Source: Vicugna vicugna (lineage: Eukaryota). Taken from it: a stretch of DNA of 64,000 nucleotides. Within the stretch, counting starts at the first letter, position 1, and every line of letters starts with the position of its first letter. The stretch covers positions 186,001-250,000 of the forward strand of contig MU059903.1 of NCBI GenBank assembly GCA_013265495.1, given 5' to 3'. Under the pieces are notes generated by a model. That model was given only the letters and a program-made list of their open reading frames with translations, ran no database searches and was not told the DNA's origin. The position numbers were made by a program, and so were the translations under genes. Positions 36,860-49,402 of the stretch are shown here, in pieces.

Positions 36860-37080
36860 GGGATTAATCTGCTCTTCACAACTCAGCACTGGTTTCGAGC
36901 TGGGAGCAGGGGGACGGGCCCCATTATTTAGCTGTGTAAGTGCTGGAATTCTCTTTCCTCTTTGATGAAAAATTTGAAATTTTCACCCTGTCACAGAACA
37001 AAGGGAACGTGGCTCCTGTTTCACCATTTGCAGAGCTGATTTCATGCACTTGTGACAGTTCTATCATGCTTCTGACAGTG
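36860..37080. promoter_or_regulatory. candidate enhancer (TCF/LEF, SOX, MEIS, K50-homeodomain motifs)
   Basis: GGATTA 36861, CTTTGAT 36960, CTGTCA 36988, AACAAAG 36997, TGACAG 37053 and 37073. Confidence 0.3.
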
Positions 37081-40000
37081 ATGACTCCCCGCCAAGGGAA
37101 GCTGGGGGGCTGCTCCGAACCCACACCAGCTCATTCCCAAATGCTCCGCTCTCTGTAAGCTAAGGAGCAAGGTTAGCAGCACGCTTCGCCTTCAGTTTGG
37201 GAAACAGCCCCACAAGTGCCTGCTGAGATGATGTCCTTAAAGGCAAACAAAAGCATCCTGGTGAGTCACCTGCTTTGACCTGCAGACATTCGTGTCCCTC
37301 CCAGGACGTCCTAGCATCGGCCTCGGCCCTGGGGGAGCGTGGCTGCGCAGCACCTGGGCCGAACCACGCCGACCCTGAGGCATCCTTCCCCAGGCAGGTG
37401 CCGGGCACTGGTCCTGCGTTCTCCTGGGGACACCCCGACCAGGGAACTGCGGCCCCCCTGCACCGAACCTGCTGTGTGCAGAGGCACAGGAACCACTTAC
37501 ACAACCACAGACACTGCGCCAAAGGTATGGAATCGGTGCCGGGCTTCCCGAAGTGAGCGGTGTCTGCATCCGCCAAGATGCCTGCCCCGCTTCCCCACAG
37601 GCCTGGGAGGCGGGCCGGAGGCCCAGGACAGACACTTTCTCTGCGGCCCGGGTCTTCCTCACCAGCTAGCTCGAGGCACTTCCCGCATGGAGCACCTGTG
37701 ACTGGACAGGAAAGCACATCCTTCTGGCTCAGCGTCACCCTCCTGACACTCCGGTTGCTACTCCAAGAGCCTCCACACCCTCTCCAGCTCGTTAAGGACC
37801 CATTCAGGCCAGACTGGGCAGCCCGCATCTAAACAGGGGCAGGAGGAGGATTTCAGCGTAACTCTCCCCAACCCCTCTGAGTGTCAGAGGATTGTGAGCA
37901 GTGTGCCAAAGTCTACCTGTGACCGAAACTGAAGGGCAGGCATCCCTGAGAGCAAGGAGCCCGGGGATGCATGCTCAGGACACGACATGCCCCTGAAGAC
38001 AGTCTGGTCCAGCAGGAGAAACCGCTCTGGGAACCAGGCTCTCTGACTAGTCACTTCTAGCTTTATCCAGTTTAAAAACCAAGGGAAGAGAGACGTCACA
38101 ACCCTGAAAGCAGTATGTCCTTCCTGGGGAACCTCAGCAGGAATGCAACACGCTTCTCTGGCCTCTCAGTGCAGGCTGTTTCCCCAGTTCCCTTTTTAAA
38201 ACATCACGAGGTTCACACAGGTTCATAAGGGTCTGAAGTAAAACCACCCGTGCAATTCTCTGGAAGGCATTCCTTGCCATAATTTCGAGGACAGTGCAAA
38301 GCCAGAAGCCACCTTGTGCTGTTTGGTACACGCCTGCTTATAAGCCTCCAAAGAGAGCTGGTGCCGAGGTGGGCATGTGCAGATGCCCCGGCTCTGATGC
38401 CCGGAGAGACACTGCAGTGGATAAACTCGCGCATTCATTGCTGGCCAATGGGCCGCTGGGAGACAGGAATGGGTTTCATTAGTCCAGTTCATAACTTGCA
38501 GCCCAAATTTAATCACATGCACAAGACAATGTCCTTCGAATAGGAGCGCAGACAGCCATTCTAGGAAAATGATCACACCACTGAACCGAAACATGCGGTC
38601 CTTCGAAGCTCCTTCACTGGCATTTTCTTGCTGCAAGAGTAAAAACAGCAGTACTTTCTGAAGAAGAATGACAGCTGCCCACTCCCAGGTCTCCTGCGGT
38701 AATTAACCTGGGTGCGCTGTGGGGAGCGAGGTCCCCCTAATGCCTCCATCGCTCAGAAGGGGAGCATCTCGGCCGATGTCCCCAGACGGTGTCATCAGGG
38801 TGTTGTCAGGGCAAACAATGCACTTATCTGGCTTCTTTTCAGGTCACCTGATTAACTGGAGAAAATAGAAACACAGAGAAAAGAGCGTGTCCTTGCCCAG
38901 GGCAGTAAATGTCACGGAAGCCGGTCTCCTGGGGGCCTCCCAGGCTCCTCGGCCTGCAGGTGGCTGGCTCCATCCCTCCGTCCTTGGCCACAGGGACAGG
39001 CACAAAAGCCGCCGCCTCTGCAAAGCCCCTGCCAACCCAGGAGGCCCCAGGTCACCATCCTCACAGGTGGCTCGGCTGCCTCCCCCGCCGTGGGCACGTC
39101 TGGACCTTGTCGGGCAAGGTCCTGAGGCAGGGCCGGAGGAGCAGGTGCGGCCTCGGGGCTGGTGTACCCCTCCCCTTCCATCCAGACAGAGCATGAGGGC
39201 CAGAGAATGCGGGGAGCCCCCAGACCCAGATGCGCCCTTGTGGGTAGAGAATGCGAAGCAGAACCAGGGACATGAAACAGACCCGCACACCTGCACCCTT
39301 GGAAAGCGAGAACGGAGACCGAGTTCCCATAAACGCCGGGTTATGTGTGTGCACGTGGGCTTCTGTGTGCGCGTGTGTTTGCCCACGTGTACGGTTTCTT
39401 TTGTTCTGCTGGCTCGCTCTGTGTGGGGGTCAGAGGGGCTATGCGGGCCGCAGGGCCGCCCTGGGCCTCCTTGCAGGGCAAGTGCTGTTGTGACCATGTT
39501 CGAGGCAACGAATCCATCTGTCCCCAAGCCTCCCACGGGGCACTGCCAGCCCCCTGTAAAGCCGGAGCAGGGCCCTGACAGCACCCGCGCCCACCCGTCG
39601 CAGCGGCAGGCTGAGCTGGGTGTGCGGGTCTGAAAGGCAGCGTCCTCCTGCCCCTGTGGGCTCATTATTCCCTGGAACGGGGGCAACATAATGCATTTTC
39701 ATTTACTCAGCCTTAAGCATATGTAAATTAAAGGGTTTTCTTTTATTAAAAATAATACTGAAACTCACCACTGATGTGTTTTTGTTATTCTAAAAAGAAG
39801 CAGCACTAGAGGAATGAGGCTTTAATGGCATTTCACACTCAGGCATGTGTCTTGCTGGAGAAAGCGGGGCCTCGGCGCCCCAGGCCCGAGCGCCTGAATG
39901 GAGCACCGCCGGAGGGTGACTTTCACTCCGTACACTCTCTCCAGTCTCCAGTCGGGATGGAGGGAACAGCTCACCCCGGTTGGAAGCCTAATTGTAGCCA

Positions 40001-40279
40001 AGAAGGAAAAATAAATTACAGCTCTCCCGTTGGCGCTGTGGAACGTCGGAGCAGCAGGGTGGGCTGGGGAGAGGAGGTGCCGGAACGTTGCTGACTCAGG
40101 GGGGCTATGGCGCAACCGTCAAGGTGCCCTCTCCCTGCCCAGCCGGTCCCCCTGCCCAGACGGCCACAAGCCCTCAGCAGCCTCCCTGCATGAGCCCTGG
40201 GCCCACAGCCCCGCACGCGGCCCCTGCCACCACCCCCACGCACCCCTCCGGGAACTCCTCCTCCTGTGCCCCCAGAGGT

Positions 40280-40600
40280 GGTTCAGCCCTCTGTTCGGCG
40301 GCCTGCAGCGCCTTAGAGCAACAGGAACGCCCTCCCCAGCCGTGCAGGCTGAAGGCCAAGATCAAGAGGCCGGGAGCTGCTCCCCCTCCCAGGTCCCATT
40401 GCCCCACAAGTCCATGGTGCTCCTTCCCCGGCTCCAGGTCCCTGCCTCGTCACCACATGGCATCTCCTCTCCTCATCCTGTAAGGACCTCGGTCCTACTG
40501 GATTAAGGGTCCACTCTCCTCCCGTGCAACTTCCTCTCATCTTAACGAAGTGCACCTGCAGTGACTCTGTTTCCTAGCAAGGTTCCAGGAAGGTCACGCA
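40280..40600 (-). mobile_element. MLT1 solo LTR
   Basis: aggctgaaggccaagatcaag...cacatggcatctcctctcctcatcctgtaaggacctcggtcctactggattaagggtccac...ctcatcttaac...tgcagtgactctgtttcc. Confidence 0.75.
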
Positions 40601-41371
40601 CCCTCTAGTCTTGTGAGCGGCTGAGGACCACCCAGGGCGTGCTGGACGCACCGCGGGGTCCCAGACCCAGACCCGCGTTCAGCAGAATGACAGCAGCCTG
40701 GCCGGGCCTCACCTCTACTGCACCGCTCCCTCGTTTTACGAGAGCTTCACCCCAGGTGCTCGACTACATTGCCTCCCAACACCTCAGTGTACAAACCTTC
40801 AAGGGTCACGCTGAGTTGACGCATGGAGTCCTCACCCGTGGTCCCAGGTGACACATGCGGGGGACGAGCCTTTCAGAAGCCAGCCCTCCGAGGCAGAGGG
40901 TGACCTCAGTACCACAGCCCCATCCCCCGCTCTCCTGCTCCAGTTCAGTCCCCGGATGGGTTACCCTCGCTCGCCCAGAGCTGAGACCCTTTCGTGCCCC
41001 GTTCCTCCCAACCTGAGGAGAAAGGAGGGCATGGGGGCCAGTTCAGTGGGTGCCGAGGGAACGGCCAGTGGAGGAGGTAAGGACAGCAGGCCAGCAGACA
41101 AGGGTCCAGATCCCCCTTCCAGGACCAAAGTGTAAAGCTGAAACTCAACATAACTGCCCCCAAGTGCAAGAACTCCGTCCTGACTGCACGCCTTCCGCCG
41201 AGCCCAGCTGAGTGCTCCCGGTGAGCACACGCGAGGGGGAGCGAGGGGGCCTGGGGGCTGGTCTCCCCTCCAGGACCTCAGGACCACAGCCTCATTCCCC
41301 AGCTCAGGGGGTGCTGACAGCTCACAGCTGAGAACCCCTCAGGCACCTTCTCAGCCGGAGGAGGCCGCCCC

Positions 41372-41752
41372 TCTGTACCAGGAGGAGTGGTGCCGCCCAA
41401 GCTTACGGCACCAGGAGCCTCAGAAGAGGACCTTGTTTGCAAATGAGGCCTTTGTAGATGCAGTTAGTTAAGGTGAGGTTACAGGGTCGGTGGCTTTTTC
41501 CAACATGATTGGTATCCTTACAAGAGGAGCAGAGACACCGACACACAGAGAGGACAGCTGCGTGGCAGTGGAGGCTCCTGCGAGCCAGAGTGCACCAGAA
41601 GCTGGAAGAGGCAGGAATGACCCTCCCCTACAGGCTTCCAGGGGACCACAGCCCAGCTGGCACCCTGCCCTCAGGCTTCTGGCCTCCAGAACAGTGAGAC
41701 GTACTCTTGTGCTGGTTTGTGGTCCGCGGTTCCAGCTGCCTCGGGCTACACC
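41372..41752 (+). mobile_element. MLT1C-like solo LTR
   Basis: gaccttgtttgcaaatgaggcctttgtagatgcagttagttaaggtgagg...caccagaagctggaagaggcaggaa...cttctggcctccagaacagtgaga. Confidence 0.85.
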
Positions 41753-43615
41753 CCTGCGCTGCCTGGCCCTTCCCAGGCCTGAATTCAAGGAACCCTTGAA
41801 GAGCCACCCCACCCAGAGCTCCCCACTCCTGTGTGCAGCCCCCCGCCCTAGAGAGCAGTGTTGGGCTGGTGGGCTGCACAGACGACCTTTCCTTCACTTC
41901 ATGAGCAGTTCCACGCATGCTGCTCTGCTCTGCTGTAACATCCCAGAAGCCTGGGTGGGCGTGCACGCCGGCGCACCTCTTGGGGGGAGCCAGGCGCTAC
42001 ACCTGCTGGGGTCACAGACTGGTCTATCACAGGGTGAAGCCCTGGTAGGTGCTGGCTTCTTGAGTGAACTCCTCCGAGACGTGGAGCCCTCCGCTCCCTC
42101 TGCTCCACTCACCGCCAGGCTGGCAGCAGGGGGCCCTGGGCCTGGAAGCGTCACCCTCCCTGCACTTTGTGAGTAAACAGCTAGAACCTGGGGCGGGGCC
42201 GGGGCCAGTGCTCTGCAGCCTGAGGGCTCAGTGAAGGCGGCCCTCCCCTCACTGGTGGTTACGGGTGCTGGCCTGATGGTGGGGCCCCCAGGCATTGCGC
42301 CACCTCGACTGACCGCTGCCACCAGGTAGGTCACACGGGGCGGGGCTGAGATTCAGTGATTTAGCTGGACTCACAGTAGCCCAGCATGTCTCAGGCAGAC
42401 ACCCTGCCTGGGGCTGAGATCCAGAGGCAATCTCCCAGGCAGGAGGCCGCTTCCGTAAACAAGCTCCCAGCCATCGGAGGGCGGCATCGGGCACTGACCG
42501 AGGGGAAACACCTCGGGGACCCCAACAGGGCTCTCAGCTGAGTTTTCCACAAAGCCACCTCCAAGGGGTACAATCAGGGTCTTACAAACCGTCTCCGAAC
42601 TCACCTCATACAACGTGGATTCATGCAGAACCTTCCAGTGACTGAACACAGACAGGAAAGTCAGCCCCACAGCCAGGCGATGCTGAGGACCAACAGGAGC
42701 AAAGAAAGTTTTCTCACCCGAGAGTTGGACGTTTCCAGCATCGGCGGGTGAAGCTGGGTCAGGAGGGCTACGCACAGAGCAGGATGCGGACAGAGGACGC
42801 GCCGCAGGGCGGCAGATGCTGACTTTTGCAGCCGAGCACAGGCAGGTCCTTGGCGTCTAAAGCATAGCCCCGCTAGAGGAGTGCGGCCCAGCAAGTCCGC
42901 GGCGGGGTAACTGTGTTCTGTCCATCATTTCCTGCAGCTCTGCGCCCGAGAGGCAGGGAGTGACCCTGTGATGACTGGACACGTCAGGTGCCGGTTGGCA
43001 GCAGACCCGAGCGCTGGCCACACCCACCAGCTCCGGCCTTCTAAGATGCCACAGCACCCTCCGTGCCAGGTCCTCTGCTGCTGTGAGACAGCGAGCTGGC
43101 AGAAACGAGGAAGACGGCCCAGCAAAACCCAAGCCCATGGCTTTCTGTGGCTCCTCACAAAGACCTGTGGCCGTTCACTCCTTTCTTAAAGCAGCATTTT
43201 TTGTCTGTTTCGTTCCCTCTAGTCCTTCCCGGAAATATTCCACTACAAGAGAAGGTGCCCTTCTAACACGTGACATCCAGGTGGAGAGGAAACAACTGGT
43301 CCAACGTGAAAGCCGACCAAACCTGTCCCCAAAGACGGCGCCCGGGGGGGGGGCACCACCAGAGTGCTTCCGTTTCAGCGGCCTGCCCCCCACATGGCAC
43401 CTCACGGGTCTGGGCTTAGGAATTAGAGACATTATAGAAAACGGAAGAGCCAACCCTGAAACCAGCTGTTTGTCACCAAAACACAGAAAGTTCACCAAGG
43501 TGACCGCGTCTTTGTTCTTACTAGGTGCCAGGAGCAGATGTGCCACCCGCACCCCACAGGGCAGAGGCGGTCACGCAGGCTGGCGCCGGTCCCTTCCAAG
43601 CCCCGGCCACAAACA

Positions 43616-43939
43616 CAGCGGAGCCACGGGCAGCTCAGGCGCCGGGGGCACCGACGCCCCACGCGGTCAGAAACCCTCCTGGAACTTTCGCCCAAGCTGA
43701 ACACTAAACGCCTCCCGTTAACCAGAGGCCTTACCGATAACACGATCAGCCAATTAACACATATTCTGTATGTTCCACGTAGATACAAAATTTTGTACAT
43801 TCAAGACATACCCAAATCTTTCTTTCGATATTTCTAGGCCACACAGTTAATCTGTGAGCTTTTTCAAATGATCATAAATCTCCCCCAAACTGTCCAATAT
43901 ATTTACTGGTTCAAATCCACATTGTTTAAGACTCAACTG
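43616..43939 (-). mobile_element. Tigger2-family non-autonomous DNA transposon (MER8/MER28-like) with both termini
   Basis: gccttaccgataacacgatcagccaattaacacatattctgtatg and ttcgatatttctaggcc...ttttcaaatg...tccaatatatttac...attgtttaagactcaactg|TA. The left flank is CA. Confidence 0.8.
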
Positions 43940-44029
43940 TACTTCTTTTTTAATAAGACCACTCATAAAAGGGATTCTTAAGAAGCAGTTCTAAACACAC
44001 CCAAGCAGGGCGGTGCAGCGCAGCAGCCA

Positions 44030-44290
44030 GCCCCTCTGGCAGCCGCTCGGGCCACGCTGCCCTCGCAGCGGCCTCCTCAGTCCTGCGGAGCTGCCCTGCG
44101 GCCCGGCCCTTGGCCAGAGCCTCAGGCTGGGGCTCCCTCAGCCAGTGCAGCGGGCCGGGCTGCGCGGGGAGAACACCGGCGCGGTCGCCGACGGCTCCAG
44201 GTGGTGACGCCGCTCGTTCGCCCTGGGATGCTCATCTCTCCCTGAAAACGACCGCCAGTAAATCACTATTACGCCGCGCTAGCCTTCAGA
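44030..44290. promoter_or_regulatory. small CpG-dense patch (orphan CpG-island-like)
   Basis: Very GC-rich with dense CpGs, e.g. accggcgcggtcgccgacgg. No TSS evidence. Confidence 0.35.
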
Positions 44291-45399
44291 TGGTTCTCCC
44301 AGGCTTCACAGGGGAGTGCAGGCGGTCCGGCCGTAGACCTCTAAGCTGAGCAGACACTTCCATGCTTTCTCCATGAATCAGCTGTTCAGCTGAAGGAGGA
44401 GAACTCGTCAGTATGAACACCGATCTCCCTTCAGACTTAACACAGCGTACAGCCCTTTCAGCACTCGGAGGGCCGGATGTGGCCGGAGCTGGGTCGGGGC
44501 AGAGGGCAGAGGGCAGAGGCACCAGCCGGCCCCATGAGGGAGGTGGAAGGATGTGCCGCTCTCCTCCCACCCCGCCTCTGATCATGGCTGCGGGGCTCGC
44601 GGCAGCTTTGTTCCCCTGAAATGCAGCCCAGGGAGCAGACGTCGCTGCCTGAGTCACATCAGACAAGAGCCCTTCCCCGCGCCCCCCCGAACTGTGCCAT
44701 CTCCGGGCCTCTCCTCCTCCTCTCGCAGTGGACGGGCCCGCCCCCTGGGACACCAGACCCAGAGGGACAGCAGGCACGGCAGCATCTGAGGCACCTCGCT
44801 CTTGAACAGGCTGCCCTCAGGGAAATGTGGCCGAAGCCGAGGGCAGCGTGGGAGGCACCTGAGTGCTCTGGCTCCCCCGCCAGGGTACGAGCGCGGCAGG
44901 GAGGCTCTGCAAGGGTCCGGCCGGGCAGGAGTGGCAAGCAGGTGTGAAGAGCGACAGGAGGGCAGCACAAGGCTTCCATCCCGCGAGCTCAGGGCACTCG
45001 CTCCAGGTGACGTGTCCCTCAGGGAGGGGCCTGTCATGGGGCAGATGGAGGCTGACGTCCAGCCGTGCCATCCAGCAGCTGTGCCGTGCACCCCGAAACA
45101 GACCTGCACCCGGGCCCCCGTCTGCAACGCCCTCACCCCCAGAAACAACCTGCAACCAGCAGCAAAACAGTCACGTTCTGCCCACCCGTTCCTCCCCCTG
45201 TGCCCACCGGCTGGTCCTCAGCAGGGACCCCACGATGCCACTGGCTTCTGTTGATGACTTTCCACACCCGCCCCTGAACGGCCGTGAGCGCACGTTGCTG
45301 CGCCGGCCCGGGTGATGGACACAGCAGCACCTCTAGTGAAGGGGCCCCGGGGCCAGGGAAGCAGCGTAAGGAAGATGCCACCAGACTGCGCACCTGTCT

Positions 45400-47620
45400 C
45401 CACCTATAAACTGAAAACATATTTATCCTGTTGTTGCTGGGGTTTTTTTTAATAGATGGGAATTCATTCACTTTGCCATGAGGAATGCCAAAGAAATGCA
45501 TAATTACCAATGAAAAAGGAAAGCCTTTGGAGGCTGTTTACTTGGGTGATGACACAGATGTTCCTTTCTCCTTGCTGGGCCACCCACAGAAGGGAGCGGG
45601 ACAATGGGCCGGGCCCCGGCACAGGCAGCCCCAGAGAGGCCTCCCCGCCGGCCCGGCCCCTTCAGCCCAGGCCGCCCTCCCTCCCACACGGCGCCGCTCG
45701 ACCCGCTAATTACATGTCAGCCTGGCGACTCCATCCCGCGGCTCCCCCACCCCCAGCCGCGGCCACAGCACGCAGGCAGCGCCCAGGTTTACAGTTTGGC
45801 GTGTCTCTCTTAATTGTCCAAAAACAAATCACGAAGAAAATAAAAAGGGAAACAATTAAAATTTCAGAAAACAGAGAGGGCTGCCTCGGGAGAAAGGATT
45901 CACTCTGCACGCGTACCAGGATCGAGCGAAAAGCCCGAAGCTCCGCCTTCACGCTGCCCTGGCCTTGGACACGCCGAGATAAACCCCCCGCAAGCTCTCA
46001 GGGCAAATCCCGATGTCTCTTCCAATCGGTAAATTGACGGCTGCGTGTCAGAATCGGGCGGCTCCAGTGACGGAGGCTTTAAGTTGCCCGAGCAAGGAAA
46101 TAACAAAAGTTACATCATTTCCATCAACATTCATCGTTCTAATTGCCTGAACCTCCACCAGAACAAAGTCACACTATAGTTTTATGGTATTTGATTAATG
46201 AGGGCAGGGAAATTGAAGTTTTTGCAATAAAACCAAAAAAAATCAACAGACTTTCATCGTTTTTTCCCTTATGATTTTAATTTAATGGCTCGTGTTTTCA
46301 TCACGGCAGAGGCTGTACACTTTAGCTTGCAATTACGCCCCATCTGTGGAGCCCTGTGTTATTACAGTGTATTCTCGCAGCTTTTCAATCACTTTCGAGT
46401 TGGGCTTTACAAGTATTCTTGCAGCAGGTGGGCTCCCTGGCACGGGCCCAGGAACACACAAAGCGCAAAGCTGGAGTTTAATAGCAGCATATGCGTGTGG
46501 CACCGAGCACCAGCCTCCCCCATATGCTGCGAGGCAGCCTCTTCAGCCTGCCACTCACTCTTCTTACTGACTACAGTCTCTAAGTAGTTTGCTGCCAGGG
46601 AAAAATATACCAAGGCAGCAAATTTCTCCAGTGCACCATCCTTATTACTGAGACAGCCCTGTCATTAGCACAAGCACAATGAGCCTGAACTGCGGACGCA
46701 TACCAATTAGGTGGCACCGCGCACGTTCGCTTCTTATCTCTATGGAAACACCCCCTCCCGGCTGCAGTGGACAGGCAGGAATGTCCCCCACCCATATGTC
46801 ACCTAGTTAGCACTGCACACGGTGATGCGGGCCCAAGTCTGCTCCAGCCCCCGCGGCGCCGGAGAGGAGACGCGGAAGTCCCCGCGGGCCTGGAGGGTCT
46901 GCCTGTGGAATTCTGGACGCTGCGCGGCCGCGAGCAGGAGACGAGGCTCGTCTGTAAGCGGTGCTCCCCATTAAATCTGGTGGAGAGTTCAAGCAATCGG
47001 AAGAAACTGCTTTATCCCATTAAAAAACGGAGACCAGACTTTGTTTTCTTTAATTAACATGAAGAGAGCCTCATTCCCAAGAGGCTGGGACCGCTCCTGG
47101 AGCCAGCAGCCTCCGAGCCCTTCTCCCCTGGAATCCTCACCTGCCCCCAGTACAAAAGGGAGCTGAAGGAACAAAGACTCAATGCGTGTGGGAACGGTTT
47201 TCCCACCCGAACACTGTGAACTTTGCAAAGACACACAAACACACTGTTGTCTTCTGGGTGTGTGTGAGGGTGCACGCATGTGTGTAAAAGAGAAAGAGCC
47301 ACAACCGGGGGGTGGGGGGACCTGGATTTTATTCCGTACACAGCTGAGAGAGTCTGACCTTCCGGCCGCCTCCGGGTGGGCTGGGTGCGTTAACTGACAG
47401 GGTCCGCCTCCAGGGGATCGCCCCAGCAGTCCTGAAGCACAGCAGCCCCGAGCGCCGGCACCGGGAGCCCGGTGTCCCCTCCTCCCTAACTGCCTGTCAG
47501 CGGCCCTCCTTTGATGGTTAATCCTTCTCTTCACACCGAGCATGCCTCACTCTCCTCGTGCGGGGATATTTTTTCCAGTATTGTTTTTCAACTGTCACCC
47601 TGCAGTCGACAGATTCCAGG
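45400..47620. promoter_or_regulatory. repeat-free cluster of candidate developmental enhancers
   Basis: TTTATGG about 46180, TGATTAAT 46192-46199, CCCATTAAA twice (46967, 47016), CATATG twice, CTGTCA 47494, CTTTGAT 47509. Confidence 0.45.
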
Positions 47621-47829
47621 TTGTCCGCAGCAGAGCGAGGGGCACCGTCCTGCTCGAGCATCTCGCGGGGAGTGTCCCCACCCTCGTCTGTCCCTGAGGG
47701 AGGGCAGAGCCCTGCAAAGCAACACAGCACAAGGACCCCGAACCCGCCAGGAATCTAAGTGAAGAGGATTTAAGGCACAAATACAGTGTTATTTGTAAGA
47801 ACACCCATCAGATATTAGACACTGTGAGA

Positions 47830-47945
47830 TGACATAGTGGCGACTCAGGAAGATGAAAAATCAAGGAGTCAGAAACCTGACTTCTGAGCCCAAATCCACG
47901 AGATGCGTCAGGACTGGTGATAGTCCCCCGGCGCCGTCACTTACA
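47830..47945 (+). mobile_element. MIR SINE fragment
   Basis: ggagtcagaaacctgacttctgagccc...gtcacttac resembles the MIR 5' half. Confidence 0.45.
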
Positions 47946-48952
47946 GAACATTCATTTTTTATTACAAGAGCAATTCTAGATACATGGGAAATTCGCTGGG
48001 TTCTAAAGGGAATAATTTCCTCCTGCACCACGAATCCCAGTGGGAATCCTGCAACGCTTTGATTTTTGTTTTTAAGTTAAAGACGTAGAGGGAAAAGAAA
48101 TCTTTACAAGGAGAAAGACAGGCTCTCAGCCCAACGGCCCACCTCAGGCGACGAGGAGAAAGCCGGCAGGCGCAGAGTCCGGAAGCCGGCCTCCCCGGAC
48201 ACGGGGGTCAGCACTCAGCACAGACGGAGCTGGGAACGGTCTGCCGCTTTCACCTCCCCCCGCCTGGGGCACCTCGGGGGGAGATCTGAACAATCGTGAA
48301 GAACCTACGACACTGGCCGCGATGCTACAGCTAGGAGCCCCCGAGCTTCGGGAGCCTGCGTTCACGTTTATCAGGTGCTCTGCCTCCTCAAGGCAGGATG
48401 CTGCGCTTGTGGTGCGTGACCCGCCCCTCCGGGGCCAGGATGCAGGGACAGCACGTGGGCGTGGCTGCCGCCCCGAAGACTCCATCCCTGAGGAGGACGG
48501 CTGGTCCCAGCCCGACGCCCACAGAGTCAGCACTGGGACGACAGGCGTCCTCAGGCCACAGCCCGGCCTTGCCTGCTGTGACGGGGCGGTAGGGCCCTCC
48601 TGTCCCCGTCCCCGTCCCGGGGCTCGCACTCTCTGGGCAGGCCAACACAGGGCACGTGTGACTGACGCAGGCTGCCTGTGTCACAGGACAGCACGCCCAC
48701 ACAGAGTCCAGCCTCCGGCAGAGCTGAGAGGAGCCGGCCGGGGTCACCCTCAGGCACGTTCAGTCTGGCCAGGGACTGGCGACGCTGCGCGACCTGACCG
48801 GAGGGCCCCAGGTCAGGAGCCCATGGTCCACCCCTCTTGGCTCGTGTCCAGTCTCTCGGCCAAGCGTCTGTTCTCATCAGTCAGAACCTGTACCTTGTGA
48901 TTATTACATGTTCCGAGTATCACTCTCTGAGTCCATGCTTTTCCGTCGTGGA

Positions 48953-49402
48953 TGCTCTAATGTGTTCAACTGTGTCCCCAAGAGACAGGTGAAGCCCTAC
49001 CCTAGGACCTCAAAACACGGCACTATTAGAAACGGGGTTGCTGCAGATACAATTAGCAAAGATGAGGTCACCCTGGAGCAGAATGGTCCCCAAATCCTGC
49101 GTGACCCGTGTCCTAATAAAAGAGGGGAGTGTGGATACAGAGGAGACCACGGAGAGCAGATGGCCTTGCGAGGATGGAGGCAGAGACGGGCAAACGGTCT
49201 ATGAGACAAGCAGCACCTGGGCCCCCAGGAGCCGGCAGACACGAGGAGGGGTGCTCTCCGGGGCCACCCGAGGGAGCACAGCCCCGCCGGCACCTCGGAC
49301 GTGGCTCCCAGCCAGAGACGGGACCGCAAGACGGTGGGAAGAGGAGGCTCTATGGTTCACGGCGCCCAGCTGGCATCGGGTTACAGCGGCCCCGGCTACA
49401 CG
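48953..49402 (+). mobile_element. MLT1C-like solo LTR
   Basis: ttcaactgtgtccccaag...ctattagaaacggggttgctgcagatacaattagcaaagatgaggtcaccctggag...gtgtcctaataaaagagg...gatggaggcagag. Confidence 0.85.

Noticed and set aside
42120-42138. CTCF-like site ctggcagcagggggccctg
   Set aside because: It has mismatches at core positions, and such matches are frequent in GC-rich DNA.
41372-49402. Two same-orientation MLT1C-like LTRs as ends of one provirus
   Set aside because: The about 7-kb spacing far exceeds a MaLR internal region. The interval holds a Tigger, a MIR and unique enhancer-like DNA, with no internal LTR-element sequence.
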